Origin: Candidatus Saccharimonadia bacterium
Lineage (GTDB): Bacteria; Patescibacteriota; Saccharimonadia; UBA4664; JBBRNT01
Direction: 5' to 3'
Length of the DNA: 64,000 nt
NCBI GenBank assembly: GCA_038230095.1
Contig: JBBRNT010000001.1
Span: 112,848 to 176,847, forward strand
The position numbers and the translations under genes are program-made. The notes under the pieces are model-generated. The model was not told where the DNA came from. It did not search any database and saw nothing but the letters and a program-made list of their open reading frames with translations. The stretch's first letter is position 1, and every line of letters starts with the position of its first letter. Positions 53,827-63,277 of the stretch are shown here, one piece after another.

Positions 53827-54896
53827 TGGAAGCTGTAGTACCCAAAATTGAGCTTATGCTCGAAGCGGTTCTTAAGCTGGACGCCTCAGACTTGCATTTG
53901 CAAGCGGGCGTACCACCTATGCTCCGTGTTGACGGCGCCTTGCGCCCCATGGCTGAGGCGGCTGTGCTGGATGCCGATGCAATAGAGAAGCTTATCTTCT
54001 CTATCCTAGATGATGAACAGAAAGATGTGCTCATTAAGGATAAGGAAGTGGACTTCTCGTTTGCCTTTGGCGACTTGGGCCGGTTCCGGGTAAATGCCTT
54101 CCATGAGCGTGGTAATCTAGCGGCCGCGTTGCGCCTGATCCCAACCAAGATCCGGACCATGCAAGAGCTGGGTCTACCCAAGGTAATGGACAAGTTCTGT
54201 GACTTCCCGCGTGGTTTGGTGCTGGTAACTGGGCCGACGGGTTCTGGTAAGTCGACTACTCTGGCGGCCATATTGAACCAGATTAACACAGATAAGTCGT
54301 TGCATATTCTGACGATTGAGGACCCTATTGAGTACGCCCACGAGTCCAAGAAGTCTATCGTAGTACAGCGAGAGATCCACTATGACACCTACAGCTTCGG
54401 TGCAGCGCTGCGCTCCAGCCTGCGCCAAGACCCTGATGTGGTACTAATCGGTGAGATGCGCGACCTAGAGACGATTGCGGCAGCGATTACGATTGCCGAG
54501 ACGGGGCACCTAGTACTGGCAACCCTGCACACCAACTCCGCAGCGCAGTCCATAGACCGTATGATTGATGTCTTCCCGCCCCACCAACAGCAGCAGATCC
54601 GGATCCAGCTGGCAGGTATACTCCAGGGCATTTGTGCGCAACGCCTGGTGCCTACCATTGGTGGTGGCCGTATGGCTATTTCAGAGATCCTAATGGTGAA
54701 TAACGCGGTGCGTAATATTATCCGCGAGGGTAAAACCCACCAGCTGGACGCTGTGATCCAAACTGGTGCCGAGGAAGGCATGCAGTCTATGGATAAGACC
54801 CTGGTGCAGTTTATCCAGCAGGGCAAGATAACCTATGACGAAGCCAAGAACTATGCTGTTGATCTTAAAGAACTGGATAGGATGATGCGCGGATGA
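53826..54896 (+). CDS. pilT: type IV pilus retraction ATPase PilT
   Basis: LVLVTGPTGSGKSTTLAAILNQIN and the PilT-length (356 aa) AAA+ core. TAATGG overlap with pilB. Confidence 0.92.
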   Translation: MEAVVPKIELMLEAVLKLDASDLHLQAGVPPMLRVDGALRPMAEAAVLDADAIEKLIFSILDDEQKDVLIKDKEVDFSFAFGDLGRFRVNAFHERGNLAAALRLIPTKIRTMQELGLPKVMDKFCDFPRGLVLVTGPTGSGKSTTLAAILNQINTDKSLHILTIEDPIEYAHESKKSIVVQREIHYDTYSFGAALRSSLRQDPDVVLIGEMRDLETIAAAITIAETGHLVLATLHTNSAAQSIDRMIDVFPPHQQQQIRIQLAGILQGICAQRLVPTIGGGRMAISEILMVNNAVRNIIREGKTHQLDAVIQTGAEEGMQSMDKTLVQFIQQGKITYDEAKNYAVDLKELDRMMRG

Positions 54897-54903
54897 GTAC
54901 GCC

Positions 54904-56115
54904 ATGTTGACATACGTCTACAGCGCTAAGAATGCTGAAGGGGTCTTGATTAAGGCCGAGGTACAGGCCGAGAACGAGCAATCGGCGGCGAAGCTGCTTA
55001 TGTCCCAGGCGCTGTTTCCGATTACCATCGAAAGCAAAGAAGCTGCTAATAAACTGCCCATCAACCTACCGTTTCTGAACCAAGTACCAAACAAAGAGCG
55101 AGTTATTTTTACCCGACAACTCTCCACGTTGATTAACGCAGGCCTACCACTTCTGCAGTCTATCCGAACGGTGAGCGACCAGGTGGTGAATAAGAAGCTG
55201 AAAGAAGTGCTATCGAAGGTGATTGCCGCGGTCGAGGGTGGGGCTAGTCTGTCGGCCGCGTTTGCGCAGCACCCCGCGGTGTTTAACCAGATCTACGTGA
55301 GCCTAGTAGCGGCTGGTGAGACCTCGGGTACGCTAGACAAGTCGCTGGCTCGGCTGGCCGACCAGCAGGAGAAAGACGCCGCGATTGCGTCCAAGATCCG
55401 TGGCGCCCTGATCTACCCAGTGATCGTGCTATTCGTGATTGTTGCGGTGGTGGTATTTATGCTATCTACACTGCTCCCACAGGTGTCGCAGCTCTATAAA
55501 GATCTGAAAAAAACCCTGCCCTTAGTCACCCGTATTCTGGTATCTATTTCCGACTTTGTTGGACACTTTTGGTGGCTCGTGGCCATACTGCTGGGTGGGC
55601 TAGTGTATGCGCTGACGCGCTACGTGAAGTCCACGCAAGGACGAGAGGTCTGGGACAACTTGAAACTACACCTGCCTATATTTGGAGTAATATTTCAGAA
55701 AGTGTACATGGCACGGTTTGCGCGAACTACGTCGGTATTGCTTATGAGCGGTATCCCTATGCTGGAAACCCTGGAGATTGTGAAAAAGGCCGTGAGCAAC
55801 GTCATTGTGGGCAACGCTATTGAGCGCGCCATGGGCAAGGTGAAGGCAGGTAAATCACTTTCAAGTAGCTTAGAGAATGAGGATAGCTTTATTCCCCTAG
55901 TGCCTCAGATGACCAAGATTGGTGAAGAGTCTGGCGGCATAGATGACATGTTGGGCCGGGTGGCGGGCTTCTACGAGAATGAGGTGGATGAGGCGGTAAA
56001 GAACCTCTCTACCATCATGGAGCCCATCCTAATGGTAGTTCTGGGTGTAGTGGTTGGCGGCGTGATAGTGGCAGTTCTGCTGCCGGTGTACTCACTCGTT
56101 GGGCAAGGCCTCTAG
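54904..56115 (+). CDS. pilC: type IV pilus platform protein PilC (GspF family)
   Basis: Two GspF repeats each followed by TM helices. Confidence 0.9.
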   Translation: MLTYVYSAKNAEGVLIKAEVQAENEQSAAKLLMSQALFPITIESKEAANKLPINLPFLNQVPNKERVIFTRQLSTLINAGLPLLQSIRTVSDQVVNKKLKEVLSKVIAAVEGGASLSAAFAQHPAVFNQIYVSLVAAGETSGTLDKSLARLADQQEKDAAIASKIRGALIYPVIVLFVIVAVVVFMLSTLLPQVSQLYKDLKKTLPLVTRILVSISDFVGHFWWLVAILLGGLVYALTRYVKSTQGREVWDNLKLHLPIFGVIFQKVYMARFARTTSVLLMSGIPMLETLEIVKKAVSNVIVGNAIERAMGKVKAGKSLSSSLENEDSFIPLVPQMTKIGEESGGIDDMLGRVAGFYENEVDEAVKNLSTIMEPILMVVLGVVVGGVIVAVLLPVYSLVGQGL

Positions 56116-56193
56116 CGTAAGTATTGACGTTGGTAAGCATAACTATTAAGGTATTTGTAAGCAATAATTTGCAATAAGGAAGGTGAGATTCGA

Positions 56194-56661
56194 ATGCTAA
56201 AGAAACTAATGAAAGAGAATAAGGGTTTTACCCTTATTGAAATCGTCCTGGTCCTGGCCATTGCCGGACTGATCCTTGTCGTGGTGTTCCTGGCCGTCGG
56301 TGGTGCACAGCGTGCTCGCCGAGATACGCAACGTAAGGAAGATGTAGCTAAGGTAGTGGCCCAAATTGAGAGCTATGCGGGTAACAACAATGGCTGTTAT
56401 CCTGGCTCAGCCGCCGCCACTGGCTGTGCTTCGGCAGTTACGTTTGCCGCGTTTGCCGCAAGTAACTACATTACCGGTATTACGCTGACAGATCCCCTGG
56501 CCGGCGTTAACTACACCTATGTGGCTGCAGTTACACCTACAGCAGCTACGCCAATGGGTCTGGTCTATGTCTATGGTACTGACTGTGCCGGTGTTGCAGG
56601 ACGCACGTACAATCTTCGAGCAAACCTCGAAGCTGGTAGTGTCTGCCGCGACAACAAATAG
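56194..56661 (+). CDS. pilA: type IVa major pilin
   Basis: Class III signal MLKKLMKENKG/FTLIEIVLVLAIAGL with Phe+1 and Glu+5. Short globular domain with a Cys pair. Confidence 0.85.
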   Translation: MLKKLMKENKGFTLIEIVLVLAIAGLILVVVFLAVGGAQRARRDTQRKEDVAKVVAQIESYAGNNNGCYPGSAAATGCASAVTFAAFAASNYITGITLTDPLAGVNYTYVAAVTPTAATPMGLVYVYGTDCAGVAGRTYNLRANLEAGSVCRDNK

Positions 56662-56673
56662 CTAAGACAGCTT

Positions 56674-56701
56674 AAAAAAAGACCCGTAAGGGTCTTTTTT
56701 T
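56674..56701 (+). terminator. Rho-independent terminator after major pilin gene
   Basis: A7-GACCC-GTAA-GGGTC-T7 perfect hairpin. Confidence 0.85.
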
Positions 56702-56724
56702 ATTGGCTCTGGTATAATCTGGTT

Positions 56725-57531
56725 ATGGTTTTTCTTCTGGGTGTATTGGGTCTTATCTTCGGTAGCTTCTCAGGGGCAACGGCTTGGCGTATTCATAAAC
56801 GTATGGAGGCAGAGGACGCCGGCAAGCAGATAGATGAGAAGTACTCCGTAAGCCGGGGGCGTTCGTTGTGTGAGTCCTGCGGCCATGAGCTGGCAGCGCT
56901 GGACCTGGTGCCGCTACTAAGCTGGCTGGTCCTGCGGGGTCGGTGCCGCTACTGCCGGACCCGGCTGTCGTGGGAGTATCCGCTAATTGAGCTGGTGATG
57001 GCGGGGCTATTTGTTGTGTCATACCTGGTACTTGCGCCCACAAGCCTCAGCCAGTGGCTGTACTTTGCCTACTGGCTCTATCTGGTAACTAGTTTGTTGA
57101 TCCTGGCGGTATCGGACCTGAAATGGATGCTGCTGCCGGACGTGGTGCTGCTACCCGCACTGGCCCTGGCGACTGCCCTGGCTCTGGCGCAGCTGCTAGC
57201 GGGTGGATCAGCGGGCATGCTCCTTGCCGGGCTGGTGGCGGGTGGTGCGTTTCTAGCCCTGTCTGTCCTGTCTGGTGGGCGGGGGATGGGGATGGGGGAC
57301 GTGAAGCTGGCGGCGCTCATGGGGGTGGTACTGGGCCCGCTACACACAGTGATAGCTATGCTAATTGGATTTAACAGTGCCGCGGTGGTCAGTCTGGGAC
57401 TCATTGCACTCCATCGCAAACGGGCCAAAGACCACATACCGTTTGGGCCGTTTCTTATAGCCGGGCTGGTAATTGCCCTGCTCTGGGGTGCCCCCATTAG
57501 CACCTGGTACCTCCGGGTGGCCGGACTATAG
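56725..57531 (+). CDS. pilD: prepilin peptidase (A24 family) PilD
   Basis: Cytoplasmic zinc motif CESCGHEL...CRYCRTRL, catalytic Asp regions, 7-8 TM. TGGTATAAT lies 6 nt upstream of the ATG. Confidence 0.88.
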   Translation: MVFLLGVLGLIFGSFSGATAWRIHKRMEAEDAGKQIDEKYSVSRGRSLCESCGHELAALDLVPLLSWLVLRGRCRYCRTRLSWEYPLIELVMAGLFVVSYLVLAPTSLSQWLYFAYWLYLVTSLLILAVSDLKWMLLPDVVLLPALALATALALAQLLAGGSAGMLLAGLVAGGAFLALSVLSGGRGMGMGDVKLAALMGVVLGPLHTVIAMLIGFNSAAVVSLGLIALHRKRAKDHIPFGPFLIAGLVIALLWGAPISTWYLRVAGL

Positions 57532-57566
57532 CTGCGCAGCATAAGCACCATGGTATAATTTGAGCA

Positions 57567-58193
57567 ATGGCGCGTAATCAATCTCAAGCTGGATTTACCC
57601 TGATCGAACTCGTTCTAGCCCTGACTATCTCGGCGGCGCTTATTCCGATTGTCTTAAACGGCCAGCGAGAAATACGCTCGCGGGCACAGTTCTCCGATGG
57701 CGTGGAGCGGCTGCGAAACGACTTGGTGAATATTAAGAACGAAGCCAATACAACTGTAAGTACCCGCCAGATTGCTCCTGGCACTGACAGCCGCTACGCT
57801 GTCGCGGGCAAGGTGGTCATACTAGATAATACGGGTAGTAGCGGTGCATTGCGCCTGACTATTCGTACGTTGCGGTTTGATGAGTCGGTAAGCCCGCTAC
57901 AACTCAGCTTTGACCCAGATCCGACTGCCACTACCACGCAGGATATACCCTGGGGAGTACGGATTGATCCTGCTGTACCGGTGCCACTGCCGCAGATTGT
58001 AGTGTACTTGCGTAACGATGATACTGGGCATTTGCAGACGTATTTCCCCGCTAGCATAGTTGCTACCACTACCTATGCTAGCTATGTGCAGGCCGGGGTG
58101 GCTAAGACAATAAACTTGATTGATCCCGATAACCACAAGGGTACAGTGGTAGTAGATCCTATTTTTGGCAACGTAACGAGGACAATCCAATGA
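57567..58193 (+). CDS. minor pilin / pseudopilin (prepilin-type N-terminal domain)
   Basis: MARNQSQAG/FTLIELVLALTIS. TGGTATAAT lies 7 nt upstream of the ATG. Confidence 0.7.
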   Translation: MARNQSQAGFTLIELVLALTISAALIPIVLNGQREIRSRAQFSDGVERLRNDLVNIKNEANTTVSTRQIAPGTDSRYAVAGKVVILDNTGSSGALRLTIRTLRFDESVSPLQLSFDPDPTATTTQDIPWGVRIDPAVPVPLPQIVVYLRNDDTGHLQTYFPASIVATTTYASYVQAGVAKTINLIDPDNHKGTVVVDPIFGNVTRTIQ

Positions 58194-58735
58194 GACAATG
58201 GCTAGATCTACGCACAATCCTACGTAATCAGCGCGGCGATACGCTGGTGGAGATTACGATCGCCCTGGCTATTCTGTCATTTGTGCTCCTCAGCTCGTTT
58301 AATCTGGCCTCTTTCTCGTTCCGCCTCGGACAGATGGCCAAGGAGCGAACCCAGGGCGTGCAGCTGGCGCAGGAGCAGGCCGAGGCGCTCCGTAACTTCC
58401 GCGACAACTCGAGCTGGGCCAACTTCAATAGCGGTGCCGTCGGTACATTTCACTTTGAGAAGCAAAGTGGGGTATGGGCCAAAATAGCTGGCAATTACCA
58501 GCCACTACTGAACAGCCAGGGTACGCCATTTCTTGTTAATATCGAGCGCCTAGGTGACGTCATTATTAATGCCGGCCCACCAATTATTTCCGTGAATAGC
58601 TACCGAGTAACCTCGAAGTGGGCTCCTCTGGCCGGCCAGTCCTGCCCACTGAACGGCAGCGGTGTGCGCGAGTGTACCGTCCAGTTTCTCACGAATCTAG
58701 GCCGTACCGACGATCTAGCTCCGGTGGCAAACTAG
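58190..58735 (+). CDS. minor pilin-like protein
   Basis: RG/DTLVEITIALAILSFVLL has Glu+5 but an unusual Asp+1. ATGA overlap. Confidence 0.6.
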   Translation: MRQWLDLRTILRNQRGDTLVEITIALAILSFVLLSSFNLASFSFRLGQMAKERTQGVQLAQEQAEALRNFRDNSSWANFNSGAVGTFHFEKQSGVWAKIAGNYQPLLNSQGTPFLVNIERLGDVIINAGPPIISVNSYRVTSKWAPLAGQSCPLNGSGVRECTVQFLTNLGRTDDLAPVAN

Positions 58736-59379
58736 TGAAGCCGGCAACCCAACGACAGCGGGGATATACCCTAATAGAGCTGATTATGGCCATGGCTATC
58801 TTTAGCTTTATGCTGTTAATTATTGTGGGGGGATACCTAAATGTGTTTAAGCTATACCAGAACGGATTAGCTTCGCGTGATACTCAGCAGAACGGCCGAT
58901 TCGGTATGGAGGAGATGGTCCGTACTGTCCGTGAGAGTAAGGACGCGCTGGGTGTGGTGTCGGGCGGTGACTTTGACTATGTATGCCTGCAGAGTCAGAC
59001 CGGGGCTATGAGTAAGCTCATGACCGCGGCTTCGGGGAGCTACCAGGTACTACAGATAGTGGTCCTGCCTAACCCCGCGGCATTTGACCTGGCCACCTGT
59101 GGGGCGCTGAGCGCGGCAACTGCTGGCGTTGCCACCGAGATCCTATCGAGTACCAATGTGGAAGTTGTGAGCTTTAAGCCTACGGTACTACTGGCACCAA
59201 CGGCTGCGGGATCGAAAAGTGTTATGCTAGAACTGAAGATTGCCACCCACAAGAATGGTCTTAGCTTCGGGGTAGATACCGTGACGCAGAAGACTTGCAG
59301 TACGGTGACCACATCCCAGTTCTGTTCTATTACTACCTATGAATCGAGCGCGACAGTGCGCGGAAAGGACGAATTATAA
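58735..59379 (+). CDS. minor pilin (prepilin-type N-terminal domain)
   Basis: QRQRG/YTLIELIMAMAIFSFMLL. The GTG start overlaps the upstream stop (TAGTG). Confidence 0.65.
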   Translation: MKPATQRQRGYTLIELIMAMAIFSFMLLIIVGGYLNVFKLYQNGLASRDTQQNGRFGMEEMVRTVRESKDALGVVSGGDFDYVCLQSQTGAMSKLMTAASGSYQVLQIVVLPNPAAFDLATCGALSAATAGVATEILSSTNVEVVSFKPTVLLAPTAAGSKSVMLELKIATHKNGLSFGVDTVTQKTCSTVTTSQFCSITTYESSATVRGKDEL

Positions 59380-60368
59380 TGCAGACCAACGCAACAACAC
59401 GACAGCGGGGCATTGTATCTCTCCTAACAACGGTGATTGTGAGTACCTTGCTGCTGATCATCACTACGAGTATGGCTGCTCTCATGACGGGGGAGCTCCA
59501 CCAAGCGACCGATTCCGACCAATCTGCAAAGGCCTACTTTGCCGCTGAGTCCGGCATCGAAGATGCCCTTCAGCGGATAAAACCGCTCATTAAGAGTGGC
59601 CAATCGATAAGTAATGACGGTACTTGTGTGCAACCAGCGTTGAACACTTCGGCTATTCAGGACCCGCTGGGACTGGCTGTCACCTGCGAGCGAGTGGTGG
59701 AGCTGACCAATGCCCTCGCTGGTAAACTGGATCGGGATGCAGCTCGGCAAATAGAGTTACTCGGCGCTACCGGCATGAACCAGGTAGACCTGTATTGGAA
59801 TATTGATCCGCGGTTTACACCCGTGGGTGGCGACGCCTTGGCGGTTGCCAATATGGCTACTATGGAAGTGCTGATTGCCGGCTACGATCGGGTGGTGAAC
59901 CTAGGTCCGGGCAATATTGATCAGCTGAAAACGGTAACAATCCGCCCAGGGGCAAACGCCACACCGACGAGTAACATCGGCATTAATGCCATCCAGACGG
60001 CCTCGTGCGTAACGCCGCCCCAGTCTGCTACCTACAACTGTCACTTCACTATGACTGGCTTTAATGGTACGGCGAAGAACTATGTGATCCGCCTGAAGAC
60101 TCGAAACGCTGGCACCCACTTCAGTCTGCGGCCGCTGGCTGGTGGAGCTACGGTAACCGTACCGGACAACTACATTACGGTGGACGTCACCGCTAGTTCT
60201 GGTGAGGTCTACCGACGGATTGTGCGCAAAATACCACGCAGTGCTGGTCTGGTGAGTGGCCTAGAATTTGTACTCTTTAGTGACACTGAAATCTGTAAGA
60301 AGTTTGGCGTGGTTGACACCGCGGGTGTGCCAAACGTGCAATACCCTGGCTGTCCGGCCTTCCCGTAA
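59379..60368 (+). CDS. PilX-like minor pilin
   Basis: TRQRG/IVSLLTTVIVSTLLLIITTSMAAL resembles the PilX N-terminal domain. No Glu+5. TAATG overlap. Confidence 0.6.
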   Translation: MQTNATTRQRGIVSLLTTVIVSTLLLIITTSMAALMTGELHQATDSDQSAKAYFAAESGIEDALQRIKPLIKSGQSISNDGTCVQPALNTSAIQDPLGLAVTCERVVELTNALAGKLDRDAARQIELLGATGMNQVDLYWNIDPRFTPVGGDALAVANMATMEVLIAGYDRVVNLGPGNIDQLKTVTIRPGANATPTSNIGINAIQTASCVTPPQSATYNCHFTMTGFNGTAKNYVIRLKTRNAGTHFSLRPLAGGATVTVPDNYITVDVTASSGEVYRRIVRKIPRSAGLVSGLEFVLFSDTEICKKFGVVDTAGVPNVQYPGCPAFP

Positions 60369-60369
60369 C

Positions 60370-61284
60370 CTAGACCTCTTTGGAGTGGAACCGGTCGTGG
60401 ACACTTTTGAGCTGTGGGTCGGTAATGTGGGTGTAGATCTGGGTAGTGGCAATATTGGCATGGCCCAATAGGCCCTGCACGCTGCGAATATCGGCACCAT
60501 TTATAAGTAGATCGGTGGCAAAGGAGTGGCGAAGAGTGTGGGGTGTCACGGTCTTAGTAATACCAGCTGCCAGAGCGTAGTGGTGTACCATGCGCTGAAT
60601 ACTGCGGGCCGTGAGGCGAGTAAAGGAGCCTCCTTCGCTCGGGTCCTTGGAGCCAGCATAGTGGATAAACAGCGGCTTAAACTCATCGTGACGGGTCTTC
60701 AGGTAGGCGTCCAGCCAGTCCGCGGCCTGCTGGCTTATGTAGACCGGACGATCTTTCTGGCCCTTACCGCGGACGACAAACTCTCGCCGATCTAGATTAA
60801 TGTGCTCGGTGTTGAGATTGACTAGCTCGGATACCCGCAGGCCACTAGAGAACAAGAGCTCCAGAATGGCGCGGTCGCGCAGGCCAATAGGATTGGTAGT
60901 ATCCATGCTACCAAATAGGCGGGATAGCTCGTCGGCCTCCAGGAAGCCTACCTGTGGTCGCACAGTCTTAGCCAACTCCACCTTGGCCGAGTCGAGGGCG
61001 GCTATGTCGCGCTTGGCCAGGTACTTGAGGAAACTGCGGAGGGCAATGAGATGGTAGTTGGTAGTGGCTTTGGAGAGCTCATCTCCCCGATTGTCCTTCT
61101 GGCGGGCTAGTGCGAGGCGCCACTTGCGAATGGTGTCATTGGTAATTGCAGCGATGGGTGCATCATCGGTAAACTCCACCAAACGTTGGAGGTAGCGGTC
61201 GTAGTTGGCAATGGTGGCCTGTGACCGATTCTGTTCGATCTCCAGGTACTCTAGGTAGTCTGTAACTAATTCGCTTATGTTCAT
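60370..61284 (-). CDS. tyrosine recombinase XerC/XerD family
   Basis: N-terminal SAM-like domain. C-terminal R...HxxR...Y motifs (HTLRHSFATDLL, LLGHANIATTQIYTH). Confidence 0.9.
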   Translation of the reverse strand: MNISELVTDYLEYLEIEQNRSQATIANYDRYLQRLVEFTDDAPIAAITNDTIRKWRLALARQKDNRGDELSKATTNYHLIALRSFLKYLAKRDIAALDSAKVELAKTVRPQVGFLEADELSRLFGSMDTTNPIGLRDRAILELLFSSGLRVSELVNLNTEHINLDRREFVVRGKGQKDRPVYISQQAADWLDAYLKTRHDEFKPLFIHYAGSKDPSEGGSFTRLTARSIQRMVHHYALAAGITKTVTPHTLRHSFATDLLINGADIRSVQGLLGHANIATTQIYTHITDPQLKSVHDRFHSKEV

Positions 61285-61387
61285 AGACCCTATTGTAAGC
61301 TAGCAATGGGGGAGAGCCAAGTCGCACAATAATTGCCAAGTGTAATCTACTTTACAGCCGTCCGCCCCCATCTGGTACACTGAGGGC

Positions 61388-63271
61388 ATGATAGGTGCGA
61401 GGGGACGCCGACAATTTGCAGCACTCGCATTGGTGCTCGCCACCGCGCCATGGTTCCGTGGCGGCCGTGATGCTGGCGGCCTGGTAGTAATTGCGTTATT
61501 CCTAGCACTGGGGCTGATAGCGACACGCACACTAGAGCCAAAGCGGCTACGGCTAACAGGGCTGGGGTGGTGGTACGGCGCACTTATGGTGTGGGCTAGT
61601 GCGTCTTGGTTCTGGTCGGCCAATCGCTATGCGACGCTTGTATGGGTAGCCACCTGGCTCTTGGGCGGTCTGGCTGCACTGCTCGCGGTGCACGTGGCTT
61701 CCGACGAGACAAGCCGGGCCAGGCTACTCCGGGGCCTGTTGGAGCTGGCGGTTATATTCTCGGTGTACGGCATATGGCTGTTTGTGACCGGGGACTACAA
61801 CCGGCTGACATCCACATTCTACTGGGCTAATCCGTGGGCAACGTTCTTATTCCCGGCAGTTATATTGGCCCTAGGCCGGTACGTGCAACAGGGCCGCAAG
61901 CTATACCTGGGTATGGCGGCGGTGCTCCTTACCGCCTTCCTTTTGACCTACTCACGAGCGGCATTGCTGGTCTTAGTAGTAGTGGTTCTAGTCGGAGTGG
62001 TAGCACGCTACCACCGGCGTTGGCACCTGATGCGCCTGGCGCTGAGCCTGGCGCTCGTAGCCGTCAGCTGCATTGTGCTGATACAGCTGCGTACTCGGTA
62101 TGTACACCAGAGTGGGCTGGGCATTAGTGCTCGGTTTGCGGACGCCCTGAGCGGCGACTCAGTAAGCGGCCTTGACCGCCTGTACTACCTACGCAGTGCT
62201 TGGGCTATTCTGGTGGACAACCCAGTGGCGGGAACAGGCGCTGGCACCTACGGTGCGGTACACCCGGCGTACCAATTCCGGGTTATTAGTGCTGGCTCGA
62301 CAGCGCACAATGTCTATGCCCAAACGGCTGCTGAGCTGGGCGGTATTGGGGCTATTATTCTGATTGGATTTGGGGTGTCACTACTCCTAGGGCTACGGCG
62401 GCAGCTGCGCCATGACCCCGAGAGGGTATTGCTAACGGCCGGGCTACTGGCACTGCTACTGCACGCCGGGCTGGATATTGGCGCAAACTATCCGGCAGTA
62501 ATCATACTTGGTGGGTTACTGATTGGAACGCTATACCGATCTAAGCCTGGGGCAATTGCGCCACAGTTCTCACTGAACTGGCTGGCTTTTGGGGCCCTGG
62601 CGCTTATGGCACAGCCGCTGGTGGCAAGCTATCGGTCGGCGGTGGTGACAACCACGGCGGCGGATGAGCAGAGCGAGGGTAATCTACCAGCAGCAGCTGA
62701 GGACTACCGTAGTGCACACTTATTTCTTACCTATAGTCCAGATACCCTGACGGCCGAGGGGATTAATCGGTTCGCCATGGCCAGTGCCGGCCGTGATACG
62801 GCGCTTAATACTGAGCTGGCTATCCGGAGGGCTGAAGCGGGCATACACCAGGACCCCCGCAATGCCGAGAATTACCTACTGCTAGCCCGCTCCGAGTGGC
62901 TAGGTGGTAGCGTAAAGCGCGCTGAGCAGGCGTATTTGAAGGGTCTCCAGCTAGATCCCTGGAACCAGCCGCTGCTGTATAGTGATCTGGCCACTCTCTA
63001 CCTGTCGCGTGACCGCAATGCTGAGGCGCTAGAGCTCTCGACCCAGGGGCTAGCTAAGTACCCAGGGAGCGTTATTATCAACCGAAACTCACTAAACCAA
63101 CTACCGGGCCAGATAGCCGACCTATACGTGGTGCAAGGGCATGCCTGGGAGGCATTGGGTAACTTAGCTGAGGCAGTACGCTCCGCCCAGACAGCACTAG
63201 AGACTGATCGATCGAGCCTAGCGGCCGGCAATATGTACAAGCGGCTCACGGGTGCATTGCCGCCGCGGTAG
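61388..63271 (+). CDS. O-antigen ligase (Wzy_C)-like polytopic membrane protein with C-terminal TPR repeats
   Basis: More than 10 TM helices, with a Wzy_C-like loop region (YSRAALLVL...). The C-terminal roughly 200 aa are TPR-like. TGGTACACT lies 6 nt upstream of the ATG. Confidence 0.6.
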   Translation: MIGARGRRQFAALALVLATAPWFRGGRDAGGLVVIALFLALGLIATRTLEPKRLRLTGLGWWYGALMVWASASWFWSANRYATLVWVATWLLGGLAALLAVHVASDETSRARLLRGLLELAVIFSVYGIWLFVTGDYNRLTSTFYWANPWATFLFPAVILALGRYVQQGRKLYLGMAAVLLTAFLLTYSRAALLVLVVVVLVGVVARYHRRWHLMRLALSLALVAVSCIVLIQLRTRYVHQSGLGISARFADALSGDSVSGLDRLYYLRSAWAILVDNPVAGTGAGTYGAVHPAYQFRVISAGSTAHNVYAQTAAELGGIGAIILIGFGVSLLLGLRRQLRHDPERVLLTAGLLALLLHAGLDIGANYPAVIILGGLLIGTLYRSKPGAIAPQFSLNWLAFGALALMAQPLVASYRSAVVTTTAADEQSEGNLPAAAEDYRSAHLFLTYSPDTLTAEGINRFAMASAGRDTALNTELAIRRAEAGIHQDPRNAENYLLLARSEWLGGSVKRAEQAYLKGLQLDPWNQPLLYSDLATLYLSRDRNAEALELSTQGLAKYPGSVIINRNSLNQLPGQIADLYVVQGHAWEALGNLAEAVRSAQTALETDRSSLAAGNMYKRLTGALPPR

Positions 63272-63277
63272 TCTGGG

